Notes: generated by a model not told the origin, from the sequence alone. A stretch of DNA of 32,000 nt from Planctopirus limnophila DSM 3776 (GCF_000092105.1 NC_014148.1:5070001-5102000); one strand, 5' to 3'. Positions 8,190 through 16,996 are shown, numbered from the stretch's first letter. Numbers and translations: made by a program.

Positions 8190-8603
8190 ATGTTCCATAC
8201 TCTTGATATCAGTACCAGTGGTTTAATTGCCCAGCGAACTCGGATGGATACGATTGCTGGCAATATCGCTAACGTGAATACGACACAGAATGAAGAGGGG
8301 AAAATTGCTCCTTTTCAAAGACGGCTCGTTATGATGCAACCAGCCTCCGTTGGAGCGACCAGCCCCACTGGCAGCCAGGGAGTGGCATCAACGGTCGAGA
8401 TTGATACCGTCTCGCCGCCGCGGATGGCCTATGAACCAGGTCATCCCCATGCCAATGCGGAGGGAAAAGTCCTTTATCCGAACATCAACGTCGTGACAGA
8501 ATTCGTAAACGCCATGGAAGCCAGCCGCGCTTATGAAGCCAACGTCACGACGATGGAAGTCACCAAAGATATGATCCAGAACACCTTTCGATTATTAGGT
8601 TAA
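8190..8603 (+). CDS. flgC: Flagellar basal-body rod protein FlgC
   Basis: LDISTSGLIAQRTRMDTIAGNIANVNTT...YEPGHPHANAEGKVLYPNINVVTEFVNAMEASRAYEANV. Confidence 0.92.
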   Translation: MFHTLDISTSGLIAQRTRMDTIAGNIANVNTTQNEEGKIAPFQRRLVMMQPASVGATSPTGSQGVASTVEIDTVSPPRMAYEPGHPHANAEGKVLYPNINVVTEFVNAMEASRAYEANVTTMEVTKDMIQNTFRLLG

Positions 8604-8630
8604 TAGATAGACCTGCATTGCATTTTGTAG

Positions 8631-8696
8631 GGTGCATGCTAATGCACCAATTTGCATGAATTTAAACTGGTGCATTCCGTAAGAACTCCATGCACC
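8631..8696. promoter_or_regulatory. Two hairpins/palindromes built from the same 7-mer (GGTGCAT/ATGCACC) in the flgC-fliE spacer
   Basis: GGTGCAT(8631-8637)-gcta-ATGCACC(8642-8648), and GGTGCAT(8669-8675)-14 nt-ATGCACC(8690-8696). Extra TGCAT copies occur at 8614, 8619 and 8653. Confidence 0.5.
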
Positions 8697-8744
8697 CAAC
8701 AGGCCGTTTTGGATATTGGTGAAATGAATTGTAGGTAAACGTCT

Positions 8745-9080
8745 ATGTCAAACATGATCTCACAGCCGGCGTTTTTTCCTGCTCCCGGGCAGGCCGTCCC
8801 ATTTACGGCCTGGTCGCAGCCACTGGCACTTCCAGAATCGGTTCCAAACACTCAACCCACGGTCTCTTTCGCGGATTTATTGAGCCAGTCGTTGGATGCC
8901 ACCAACGGCCAGCAACAACAGATGCATTCCCAGATTGCCGGAAGTTTGACAGGCTCTGACTTGTCGATGGTGGAAACCTTTTCAGCAGCTCGGGAAGCCG
9001 ATCTGGCATTGAAACTGACTTTGCAAATTCGCAATAAACTGATTGAGGCCTATCGCGAAATTCAAAACATGCAGCTTTAG
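8745..9080 (+). CDS. fliE: Flagellar hook-basal body complex protein FliE
   Basis: SFADLLSQSLDATNGQQQQ...DLSMVETFSAAREADLALKLTLQIRNKLIEAYREIQNMQL is the typical FliE C-terminal pattern. Size is about 110 aa. Confidence 0.85.
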   Translation: MSNMISQPAFFPAPGQAVPFTAWSQPLALPESVPNTQPTVSFADLLSQSLDATNGQQQQMHSQIAGSLTGSDLSMVETFSAAREADLALKLTLQIRNKLIEAYREIQNMQL

Positions 9081-9170
9081 TACTGCATTCATAATGAGTG
9101 GTTTACAGTTTTCTCAATAGCTACCGGATTCCAGAGAGTTTCCGAAATCTCGCATCAGGAGCATCGCCTT

Positions 9171-9587
9171 GTGAAGCGGTTGGTCACGACAATTTCGACA
9201 ATTACTCTGATTCTGCTGCTTCTCTATTGGCCGCTGATGTTCTTCCTCACACACCGGCCCGTCGTACCGAAAATTGTACCGCGACTCCCCGATTATGTAC
9301 TGCACTTTACGGGTTACGCCTGTCTGGGATTTCTCTTTGGTGTCAGACATCAGGTTCTCAGACGCGTGACCTGGCAGCGTTTTGCCATCGCCATGCTCAT
9401 CATCGCGTCCTACGCCGCCCTTGATGAACTGACACAACCCTACTTCCGCCGTCAGGCAGATTTCTGGGATTGGGTTGCCGATCTTTCTGGCGCTGTTGTG
9501 GGGTGGTTGATAGGTGTTCTACTTCTATCATGCTTACGCCGCATTCGAGGATATCTGCGCAAACATCCACGACATAGCGATCAATAA
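9171..9587 (+). CDS. VanZ-like family membrane protein
   Basis: Four hydrophobic segments and a LDELTQPYFRRQADFWDWVADLSGAVVG motif (VanZ pattern DE..Q...pgR....D...d..G). GTG start with aggag 9 nt upstream. Confidence 0.65.
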   Translation: MKRLVTTISTITLILLLLYWPLMFFLTHRPVVPKIVPRLPDYVLHFTGYACLGFLFGVRHQVLRRVTWQRFAIAMLIIASYAALDELTQPYFRRQADFWDWVADLSGAVVGWLIGVLLLSCLRRIRGYLRKHPRHSDQ

Positions 9588-10023
9588 ATTGTGATCTCAA
9601 ACGATACTACCGTAGATCTTCACGGCGATTCGTTTCCCCTATCAGCGAGATAACTGCCAAAACCTGCAGATGGCAATTTCTGCCGATCTTTTCACGATTC
9701 AAACACTATAGAACGCGTTGTTTCACACAGAAAAATGACATGTCGTGAATTTACGCTCAAGTTTTTAGTGGAATATCGGAAAAAAATAAAAACAAGCCAT
9801 TTTCGTATGATGCACCGGCACAAATCGTCCGATGCCAAATGATGAACGAATACACCAATTCCATTGCGGGCGCATGGACTGAGCCACGATTCGCGGAATC
9901 AGCTCAGACGAAACCATACGACTGGTTTCGATTCGTTCTTGGTGATCGTGGGGAATGACTGTCCACTCTTTGGGGCAGGAGTTTCGCCCGCGTTGGAAAC
10001 TCCTAGCAAAGGGACTTGTCAAA

Positions 10024-10554
10024 ATGAAGAGTTTCGGATTGGTAAAGAGCCTGGCTGTGGCCGCTGTCTGTGCCGGCGTGTTGTCGCCTGCCGGAATCGT
10101 TTCAGCCGGTGAAGTTGCTCCAGCTGTCAAGCCAGTGGCTCCAGTCAGCGACATCACTCTGGTGAGTGGTCAGCTCAACGGTCGCGTGGTCGATGCCCAG
10201 GGTGTTTCCCTGAACGGCGCTCAGGTCGTGATTAAGCAGAACGGCCAGGAAGTCGCTCGCACAAACAGCGACAAGAACGGTCAGTTCAGCGTTAATGGCC
10301 TCAAGGGTGGCGTCTATCAGGTCTCTGCTGGCAACAGCGAAGGCACCTACCGCGTCTGGACAGAGCGGACAGCTCCTCCTTCATCCAAGAACGGCATTGT
10401 CATGGTCTCTTCCCCCAGCACTGTCCGTGCTCAAGGAGGTTCCCTGTTTAACCCCGTCAACACCACCGCCATCATTCTTGGTGCGACTGGTACAACTCTG
10501 GGTGCCGTGGCTTTGAACGAAGCCAACAACAACGACGCTCCCAAGACACCATAA
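10024..10554 (+). CDS. Secreted protein with a carboxypeptidase-regulatory-like (CarboxypepD_reg) beta-sandwich domain
   Basis: Signal peptide MKSFGLVKSLAVAAVCAGVLSPAGIVSA. GRVVDAQGVSLNGAQVVIKQNGQEVARTNSDKNGQFSVNGLKGGVYQV fits the domain pattern. The C-terminus has a hydrophobic stretch. Confidence 0.6.
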   Translation: MKSFGLVKSLAVAAVCAGVLSPAGIVSAGEVAPAVKPVAPVSDITLVSGQLNGRVVDAQGVSLNGAQVVIKQNGQEVARTNSDKNGQFSVNGLKGGVYQVSAGNSEGTYRVWTERTAPPSSKNGIVMVSSPSTVRAQGGSLFNPVNTTAIILGATGTTLGAVALNEANNNDAPKTP

Positions 10555-10582
10555 CGTCCTGGTAATGACTGTTTGAAATAGC

Positions 10583-10630
10583 AAAGCCATTCCCACTGGT
10601 CACCGACCTTGGGAATGGCTTTTGTCATTT
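10583..10630. terminator. Bidirectional-type terminator hairpin between convergent genes
   Basis: A 13-bp perfect stem aaagccattccca (10583-10595) / tgggaatggcttt (10610-10622), followed by tgtcattt. Confidence 0.75.
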
Positions 10631-10658
10631 AAGAATTCTCTCGCATTCACCTTCAGGG

Positions 10659-11504
10659 CTAAACTTCGCATGAGACCGGCATTTGGTCGTGCCGCATCAG
10701 CTCATCAAAGGTCGAGGCCCAGACATTCTGGATTTCATGAGCATCGCAGGTCTGCCAGGCCGATTCTTCGGCAGTAGGTAGCGACCACGGATCTTGTGCC
10801 GACCACGAGAGTCGCTCGAGCTGAGAGGCCGTCATCGGTGCCTGAAACCGGCAGACCAGCTTGAACCTTCCGCGCCCCAGATCGGTGGCTCTCACCACAA
10901 TCGCGACAGCATCAATCGCTCCCATGGCTGTTTGTGCAGCCATTAACCGAATGACGAGTCGTTCTCCAGGGAGCCAGCGGATCGGAACAGCGACCGCGCA
11001 GCCACTAAAACTCACATCGAGTGCCTCACCTGGCGAACCATGATGCGTCAGCATATCATCCAGAATCTGTGGTAAAGGCAGCCTCTCTTTACTCACTCGA
11101 AGCACCGAAACCTTGATCGAAAGGTTAATCCGCCAATCCTGTCGTCTTTCGCTCTCATCATCCTGTGGTGGAGCAAAATGAGAGGCCGCAAAAGGATCGC
11201 TCTGAGACGGAAATGGGTTGAATTCCACGGGCGAAGCAGCAGAAATCGATCCAATCCCCTGCAACTGTTCGAGTCTCCGGGCATCAGCCGGAGGCATATT
11301 CTCAGGTGCCCCTGTCATCTCTGGAACACCTTCTTCCCGGCCCTTTTGAAGCGCAACAGAATGAGAACTGGCCGCCTGCAATCGCGATTCAATCCCCTTG
11401 TTCAACTGGTCAACAGCAGGCAGCCTTTCTGTTAGTGATTTCAGCCTGAAGAGTGATTTGGTCACTCGGGAGACTTCCAGATTCCCACGGAGATTCTTCG
11501 TCAT
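10659..11504 (-). CDS. PilZ domain (c-di-GMP-binding) protein with an uncharacterised N-terminal region
   Basis: RRQDWR (RRxxxR) is followed about 45 aa later by DVSFSGCAV (DxSxxG). These are the two halves of the PilZ c-di-GMP binding signature. Confidence 0.65.
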   Translation of the reverse strand: MTKNLRGNLEVSRVTKSLFRLKSLTERLPAVDQLNKGIESRLQAASSHSVALQKGREEGVPEMTGAPENMPPADARRLEQLQGIGSISAASPVEFNPFPSQSDPFAASHFAPPQDDESERRQDWRINLSIKVSVLRVSKERLPLPQILDDMLTHHGSPGEALDVSFSGCAVAVPIRWLPGERLVIRLMAAQTAMGAIDAVAIVVRATDLGRGRFKLVCRFQAPMTASQLERLSWSAQDPWSLPTAEESAWQTCDAHEIQNVWASTFDELMRHDQMPVSCEV

Positions 11505-12020
11505 GGTGAGTACCGCTAAAACTTTGTAGCCGGTGGGCTTCTACCAGCATTTGGGGAAATAACTGACACCTCGAGCACTTGATTAATCCTCCAGTGAACA
11601 CGATCTCCGTGTCACTGTTGCTACGTGATGAAGCCGAGTCATGAGGCAGAGAACTCTGCCCGAATTCTGGATGTGCTCGCTGTTGCTCAAAGACTACGTC
11701 GAGATCGACAACCAGCAAACGACTCTTATCGATCTCTCTCGATTTGTGGCAATTGACCGACCTGGCCACCGGTTCACGAGAGAAACTTTTGCCTCAAATT
11801 CGGTAAATTCGCTACAGTACGTCTCTTGGGGCCTAGTCGCGCTCTGTTTATTGTGTAACGTGCCATGCTTGCAGCTCTGGGCAAGCATGTCTTCTCAGCC
11901 AGCACATCGCTGCTATTTCCAGGGAAACGTACAAGCTCCATCGTGAAGGGCCAGCCCCCAAACGAAAAACACTCACAGGCCACCCCTGTGGTCTCCTCGA
12001 AAAAGATTTGATTCGCAAGG

Positions 12021-13790
12021 ATGCGTACCATGGCCATAGGTCAACTTCCCCTCGAACTTGAAGTTCCTCCGTGGGCATTTCTCTCGGCCCGGAAGACTCC
12101 CTGGTGGCTCGAAGTGGAATGCTGGTCTTTAGGGATTCTTTCACTGGCGATGTTGTGTCTCGCTCCCCTGGTCACACCGTTATCAATGGCCGAAGCGACC
12201 GTAGGCCGAGCTGCCCTCGAAATGCTGCTCTCCCAGGAATGGGTCGTTCCTCGTTGTCAGGATGTTCCCGTTCCCCAACTGGCGCCACTTCAAGTCTGGC
12301 TGGTCGCCCTGATTTCCACCGTTCAGGGCCATGTCGATGCCTGGTCGATCAGACTTCCTTCACTGATCGCCTTCTGGCTGACTGGCCAGTTACTTTACGC
12401 CTATTGCCGCCAGTTCATGGGAACAGTCGGCAGTCTGGGTGCCGGCCTGATGTTCCTCACCACCGTCGGCGTTCAAATGCAACTCGGCAGTGGCACCGCA
12501 TTGCCCATCGCTGCGTTTTTCCTGGCGCTGGCACTCTTCAGCTGGCACATTGGCTGGCTGCACGACTGGCCCGATCTGATTCAATGGGTCGTTCCCTACT
12601 TCGCTCTCACACTGGCAATTCTATCCAGTGGATTGTTCCCCGCTCTCGTCTTTGCCAGCAGCCTGACCTGCTACCTGATTCTCCGCCGCAAAGAAGAGTA
12701 CGCCCTCACATTCGGGCATCTGGCTGGTCTCCTGGGCTGCATCGGGCTGACAGCTTCCTGGGTGCTGACCTACCTTTCAATCACAGGCATTAATCCCTGG
12801 TGGGCGGGGGCTTCTCCCTTGGGAACTGCCAACCCGTTATGGTCGCTGGTCGAGCACCTCGTGACATTCCCGCTCCTGGTGGCCTGCACCATCTTGTTGC
12901 CATGGGGTCTGTTACTCGTGGTCTATCTCTTTGCCGACTTCCGCCGCCATCTGGGCGACGCCCGCCCCGCCGTCCAGTTCATCAGTGTCTGCCTGCTGAT
13001 CCCCGGGGCACTCATGTGGGTTGATCCCCGCTGCACACCCTCCGCAGCACTCCTCCTTCTCCCTGGAATCACAGTATTGACCGCCATCGTTGTGCAGCGA
13101 TCGGTCGAATGTTTTCCCACGAGTGACTGGCAGTTCATCTGGCCCACATTCCTGCAGGGAACAGTCATCGTCAGCTTCGTCGGCATGGGACTCGCCATGG
13201 CACTTCGAGGAGTCCTCCCCGAAAAAACGGCCCATATCCCGTGGGAAACACTCGTCTGGTCAACCATCGCCATGGTATGTCTCTCGATCGTCATCATGCG
13301 GTCACTCGGTCGGCATCCTCATCAGGGATTATGGGCCATGGGAGCCACCGCACTCCTGATGACTCTCTCGATTGCACCACCCATCCGCGCCAGTCTGGTG
13401 CCGGCACCCTTAGCCACCGCCCCACCACTTGTCATTCCCAGGCCACTCGCGGGCCAGATGCCGGAGATCAGCCTGGGTTCCATCCGAGCTGACGTCCTGC
13501 TCAAGTTCAACCAGCTTCTGCCCCGGCAGCCCTGGCCCGAAGACCACGAGACACTCGATCTCCGGCATCACGTCTTCTGCTTCATGGAAAGCGAACACCA
13601 AAGCCGGCGACTCCCCTTTTCATGGAAGCTCATCTCACGCCAGCCGGTCGCTCCGACTCCCGAATTTCCGCAGAAACAATGGCTGGTGTTAGGCCGCCGG
13701 GCCGATTTCGTCACCCCTGCCAGTTTTCTGGCAGAACCAGGTGCAGTTATGCCGCAAACCTCACGCCCATCAGAATTTGGCACCCGGTAA
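12021..13790 (+). CDS. Polytopic membrane protein, probable GT-C fold glycosyltransferase (GT39/ArnT/PMT-like)
   Basis: More than 10 hydrophobic segments. The N-terminal loop AEATVGRAALEMLLSQEWVVPRCQDVPVPQLAPLQVWLVA resembles the ArnT/PMT_2 motif (DEa.ya..a.em...g.w.vP...g.p...kPPL..Wl.a). The start is uncertain. Confidence 0.55.
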   Translation: MRTMAIGQLPLELEVPPWAFLSARKTPWWLEVECWSLGILSLAMLCLAPLVTPLSMAEATVGRAALEMLLSQEWVVPRCQDVPVPQLAPLQVWLVALISTVQGHVDAWSIRLPSLIAFWLTGQLLYAYCRQFMGTVGSLGAGLMFLTTVGVQMQLGSGTALPIAAFFLALALFSWHIGWLHDWPDLIQWVVPYFALTLAILSSGLFPALVFASSLTCYLILRRKEEYALTFGHLAGLLGCIGLTASWVLTYLSITGINPWWAGASPLGTANPLWSLVEHLVTFPLLVACTILLPWGLLLVVYLFADFRRHLGDARPAVQFISVCLLIPGALMWVDPRCTPSAALLLLPGITVLTAIVVQRSVECFPTSDWQFIWPTFLQGTVIVSFVGMGLAMALRGVLPEKTAHIPWETLVWSTIAMVCLSIVIMRSLGRHPHQGLWAMGATALLMTLSIAPPIRASLVPAPLATAPPLVIPRPLAGQMPEISLGSIRADVLLKFNQLLPRQPWPEDHETLDLRHHVFCFMESEHQSRRLPFSWKLISRQPVAPTPEFPQKQWLVLGRRADFVTPASFLAEPGAVMPQTSRPSEFGTR

Positions 13791-13938
13791 AAGGTTCAGA
13801 CGCACGGAGGCCCAGTCCGGCAGGCTGGCAATCCTCCGCCGGACTTGCAAAATTCCCCCCCGGCTGCGATAACCCATGAGTCTCCAAAGCCCGCAGACAT
13901 CATGAAAGTGATGGCCTGGCAGGCTTTGCCAAAGACAT

Positions 13939-14013
<75 letters not shown>

Positions 14014-14037
14014 TTCGCCTGCGGCGAATAGAGAGTC

Positions 14038-14109
14038 GAGGGTAGAAAGTGGAGAGTAGAATGAGAAGGGTCGCACTCGACTCGGTCTACTCACTACTTT
14101 CTACTCTCC
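14038..14109. repeat. Long imperfect inverted repeat built from ~14-nt GGAGAGTAGAAAGT-like units, directly 3' of the tRNA
   Basis: Arm 14038-14064 (gagggtagaaagtggagagtagaatga) versus the reverse complement of 14082-14109 (ggagagtagaaagtagtgagtagaccga) gives 22 of 27 matches by hand alignment. Each arm is itself a tandem duplication of the unit. Confidence 0.7.
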
Positions 14110-14125
14110 TTCTTGGATTGCGTGC

Positions 14126-14439
14126 ATGACATTTGCCTTTGAAAAACTGCTCGTTTATCAGAAGGCCGACGCAATCTGCCAGCAGACTGAGAGCTTTCCA
14201 AGAAGTCGAAAGCTGATGCCCAGGATCGAGCCGAGTTCCCGTTGCTGGTCTATATTCTGCGTCGTCCCCTCGATGATCATCGACACGCTCGACACTACCA
14301 AACGAAAGTTAGGTAGTGGAAGAACTTCCAAGGGTGATGGCCGAGACGGATAAGGAGTTGTTTCGTTGTTGGGTTGAAGGGACTCCTCGACAAACTGTCA
14401 GCACGACTGGATGCGGGAGCAGGAACGAAGGCCGTATAA
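14126..14439 (+). pseudogene. Frameshifted four-helix-bundle protein gene (23S rRNA IVS protein / Avd-like family)
   Basis: The N-terminus FAFEKLLVYQKADAICQQTESFP matches the family start (fe.L.vyqka..l...i...t..FP). The expected Q..RAa.Si..NiaEG block is missing. Helix-like fragments continue in the other two frames (..AEFPLLVYILRRPLDD.., ..LKGLLDKLSARLDAG..). Confidence 0.5.
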
Positions 14440-14454
14440 GGTTGCAAAATTTGG

Positions 14455-14492
14455 AAACCCCACGACTGGCTTGGTGCTGGTCGTGGGGTTTT
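14455..14492. terminator. Hairpin terminator between the pseudogene (+) and membrane-protein gene A (-)
   Basis: Stem aaaccccacgac (14455-14466) / gtcgtggggttt (14480-14491) with a 13-nt loop and T-rich flanks on both strands. Confidence 0.65.
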
Positions 14493-14514
14493 CCTGCACC
14501 AGAATTGACGCCAC

Positions 14515-15249
14515 TCAAAGAAAAACAGACCAAATAAGCGAAACGATCCCGAACACAATTGGGATCACCACACTCGAAATCAAAATCCATCGCCAATTGT
14601 CTGCTGTTTGATGTCGTTTGAGTCCATCATTGATTGCGAAAACTCCCGGCGGAAACCATAAATCACGCAAATGATTCAGGAGAAAGCCAGCAAGAAATGG
14701 AGTCACAATCAAGGCGATAGCCAATAAGTTTGCAAACGCCTGCATTTTCGTGGATTCGACTGGTTTTCTATCTGGCATGAACCCAGCAACCAGAACGAAA
14801 CATGTCAATATAAACAGAACAAATGTTGCACAGAGTATCGAAACCGCATCAATTCTTGTTAGACGGTCGTACCACGGCCTAAGGCCATCCAGCGATTCTT
14901 CAATTCGCTCACGATAACGAGTTAAAACTTCATCGCTACCACGTATCTGAATGCTTATCGGAGACATCAATCCCATCCATGTCTTTCTTCTGAAGGACAG
15001 CGACACATGCTTTTCTTGATCGCCCTTGGAAGATAATCTCAGCAGGTTAATCTGCTTGGATGCAGAATTCTGGTATTCCAGCAATTGCTTGACAGTCGGT
15101 TCACGATCAACACCGTCTTCACATTCAATTAGAACTTCAACATCTTCGCTGTATGACTTAATGATTTCACAAAATGCCTTAATGTCCTTCTCGGTCAGAA
15201 CAAAAGACCTGTTGATTCCATTTGTATATGAAGCTGGTGCTCGGCTCAT
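14515..15249 (-). CDS. Hypothetical protein A: ~135-aa cytoplasmic-looking N-domain plus three C-terminal TM helices
   Basis: 244-aa ORF in low-G+C DNA. Hydrophobic segments AVSILCATFVLFILTCFVLVAGF, FANLLAIALIVTPFLAGFLL and WILISSVVIPIVFGIVSLIWSVF. I recognise no family. Confidence 0.6.
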   Translation of the reverse strand: MSRAPASYTNGINRSFVLTEKDIKAFCEIIKSYSEDVEVLIECEDGVDREPTVKQLLEYQNSASKQINLLRLSSKGDQEKHVSLSFRRKTWMGLMSPISIQIRGSDEVLTRYRERIEESLDGLRPWYDRLTRIDAVSILCATFVLFILTCFVLVAGFMPDRKPVESTKMQAFANLLAIALIVTPFLAGFLLNHLRDLWFPPGVFAINDGLKRHQTADNWRWILISSVVIPIVFGIVSLIWSVFL

Positions 15250-15356
15250 GTTCTATGCTGAACCATTTCCTAATGACTGAAGGGAAAGACAGGATATTTT
15301 TCACCGACCTTGAAGACGCAAATACGCAGCCCTATGTTCAGGTTTTTTGTGCCGAA

Positions 15357-16424
15357 TTAGGGGTTGGGGGTTTCATCTCTTGATGTTTCTTTGTCACTCA
15401 CGGATTGCAGGCGGGGAAGATATAAGCTGTGTACTCCTATTGGTCGTTCTTCGACATTTCCGTTCATCAATACCAAGGGCATGTTTGCATGCCTCTCAAC
15501 AGTCATGCCGTCGTCCGTAGGCGTCGTCCAAGAAAGCTTGGTGTCTATGTCAACAAGTTTGATGTTCTTTCCAAGGGAAACTGTTTGATTTCTTCTCAGG
15601 TCTGTGGAGATGACGATGTCCGCAGATAAGTCGTAGATTCCTGGGGCAAGGGGATTCACGACAAAGATGAATTTGCTCCATTTGTTATCATCAAGCGAAA
15701 CAAACCTTTCTCCCCATGAGATAGAGCGACGGCCATTTGAATCAGGCCATTCAACAGTATGTGGCCTGTACTCGCCCTCTTTGCCCTGTAGGTCAAAGTA
15801 GAAGAACGTAGCACTTTGAGGCATTGCCCCAGGCGGTCTATACCCCATGATATGTCGTGGCTCAAACTTTGTGACACGGATCACACAATCGAAAACCACA
15901 ACGTCTTGAAAATCTTTTCTCTTTTGGATTTGAAAAGTAAAATTTGGCTTGTCATCGTCAACATTCGGACTAATTGGCCCATCAATTGGCTGTTTACCCA
16001 TGTTTAGCGAGTAACCATCTGCAAACGATTTGATAAATTCTTGGTCTTCCTTTGAAACGAATACAGGTGCAGGCTGGCAGTTAAATTTTATCCTAGCGAT
16101 ATTTATGATTGGTTGATTTTGATAGACGACAATGTCAACCGCAAGCATTACAAGTGGGATGCAAACTAAGCATAGGCTTCTCATTTGACGCCATGATTCA
16201 AATTTCCATTCGAAATCGTTTCTGGTGTTCACATAATTGAATAATGCCAGAGCGGATAGAACCAGATATGCAGGCCATCGAAGTGTTGGGCTAGGGAGAT
16301 TTTCAACAAGCTCCTTTGCAAGAAGCATGCTTGAAAGCACGGCCAATGAAAAAACAGCCCATACGGCAACAGGTGTGCCGATAATTTGCGACAACTTGGT
16401 TTCAGGTGATATTTGATCCGTCAT
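15357..16424 (-). CDS. Hypothetical protein B: three N-terminal TM helices plus a ~270-aa beta-rich C-domain
   Basis: The track ORF 15357..17024 is trimmed to ATG (cat 16422-16424), giving MTDQISPE..., because the upstream part is antisense to a recognisable TerS gene. An alternative start is MRSLCLV at 16184. I recognise no family. Confidence 0.55.
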   Translation of the reverse strand: MTDQISPETKLSQIIGTPVAVWAVFSLAVLSSMLLAKELVENLPSPTLRWPAYLVLSALALFNYVNTRNDFEWKFESWRQMRSLCLVCIPLVMLAVDIVVYQNQPIINIARIKFNCQPAPVFVSKEDQEFIKSFADGYSLNMGKQPIDGPISPNVDDDKPNFTFQIQKRKDFQDVVVFDCVIRVTKFEPRHIMGYRPPGAMPQSATFFYFDLQGKEGEYRPHTVEWPDSNGRRSISWGERFVSLDDNKWSKFIFVVNPLAPGIYDLSADIVISTDLRRNQTVSLGKNIKLVDIDTKLSWTTPTDDGMTVERHANMPLVLMNGNVEERPIGVHSLYLPRLQSVSDKETSRDETPNP

Positions 16425-16454
16425 TTCTGATCCAACCAAAGCATATCTACTTGC

Positions 16455-16925
16455 ATGGCTCGTGGAAGAATCCCCAAACCCAAACAACTGAACGATCTCA
16501 AGGTTGACACGCATAAACGGCGTCGTCATCAGGCTGAGCCTGTGCCTCTCAAAGATCATACCACTTGTCCCGAACACTTGAACGATGTGGCACGGGACAA
16601 GTGGACAGAGATTACCACACTTCTTGATCAAATGGGACTGCTTTCCTCGGCGGATTCTGATGCCCTGGAACTGTACTGTGCGGCGTACTCTCGATACCGC
16701 AAAGTCGAAGAAATGGTGAAGAATTTCGGGGAAGCGATCATCAGCCCCGTGAACAAGTACCCGATGATTTCTCCATACTCCACGGTGATGAACAAAAACC
16801 TCGAAACCTGTCGAAGGTTGCTGATTGAATTTGGGCTGACGCCAGCGGCTCGTTCTCGCTGTGCGATCACGCCGACCGGCAAGGACAACAGTGGATGGGG
16901 AGAGTTTTTCAAAGTAGCTGGGTAG
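16455..16925 (+). CDS. Phage terminase small subunit, P27 family
   Basis: MARGRIPKPKQL..K..RRRHQAEP....CPEHLNDVARDKWTEITTLLDQMGLLSSADSDALELYCAAYSRYRK...FGLTPAARSR matches the P27-type TerS pattern (P.p...G...kr...EP...P.cP..L...a...W......L...D...L..yc.....ElGLTPasR). This is from memory. Confidence 0.8.
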   Translation: MARGRIPKPKQLNDLKVDTHKRRRHQAEPVPLKDHTTCPEHLNDVARDKWTEITTLLDQMGLLSSADSDALELYCAAYSRYRKVEEMVKNFGEAIISPVNKYPMISPYSTVMNKNLETCRRLLIEFGLTPAARSRCAITPTGKDNSGWGEFFKVAG

Positions 16926-16996
16926 GTGGATCGACGTGAGGTTCATACGTATGATAAATCTTTTGACTTGTTCAACACCAACTAAGGAGGCCATTT

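Noticed and set aside
11864-11889. Perfect 9-bp hairpin catgcttgc-N8-gcaagcatg in the PilZ / GT-C divergent spacer
   Set aside because: It is a single occurrence with no T-run and no second copy seen. That is too little to call it an operator or a terminator.
13845-13875. ttgcaa-N17-gataac as a possible tRNA-Pro promoter
   Set aside because: The -10 match is weak and it lies ~60 nt upstream of the mature tRNA 5' end. It is plausible but unsupported.
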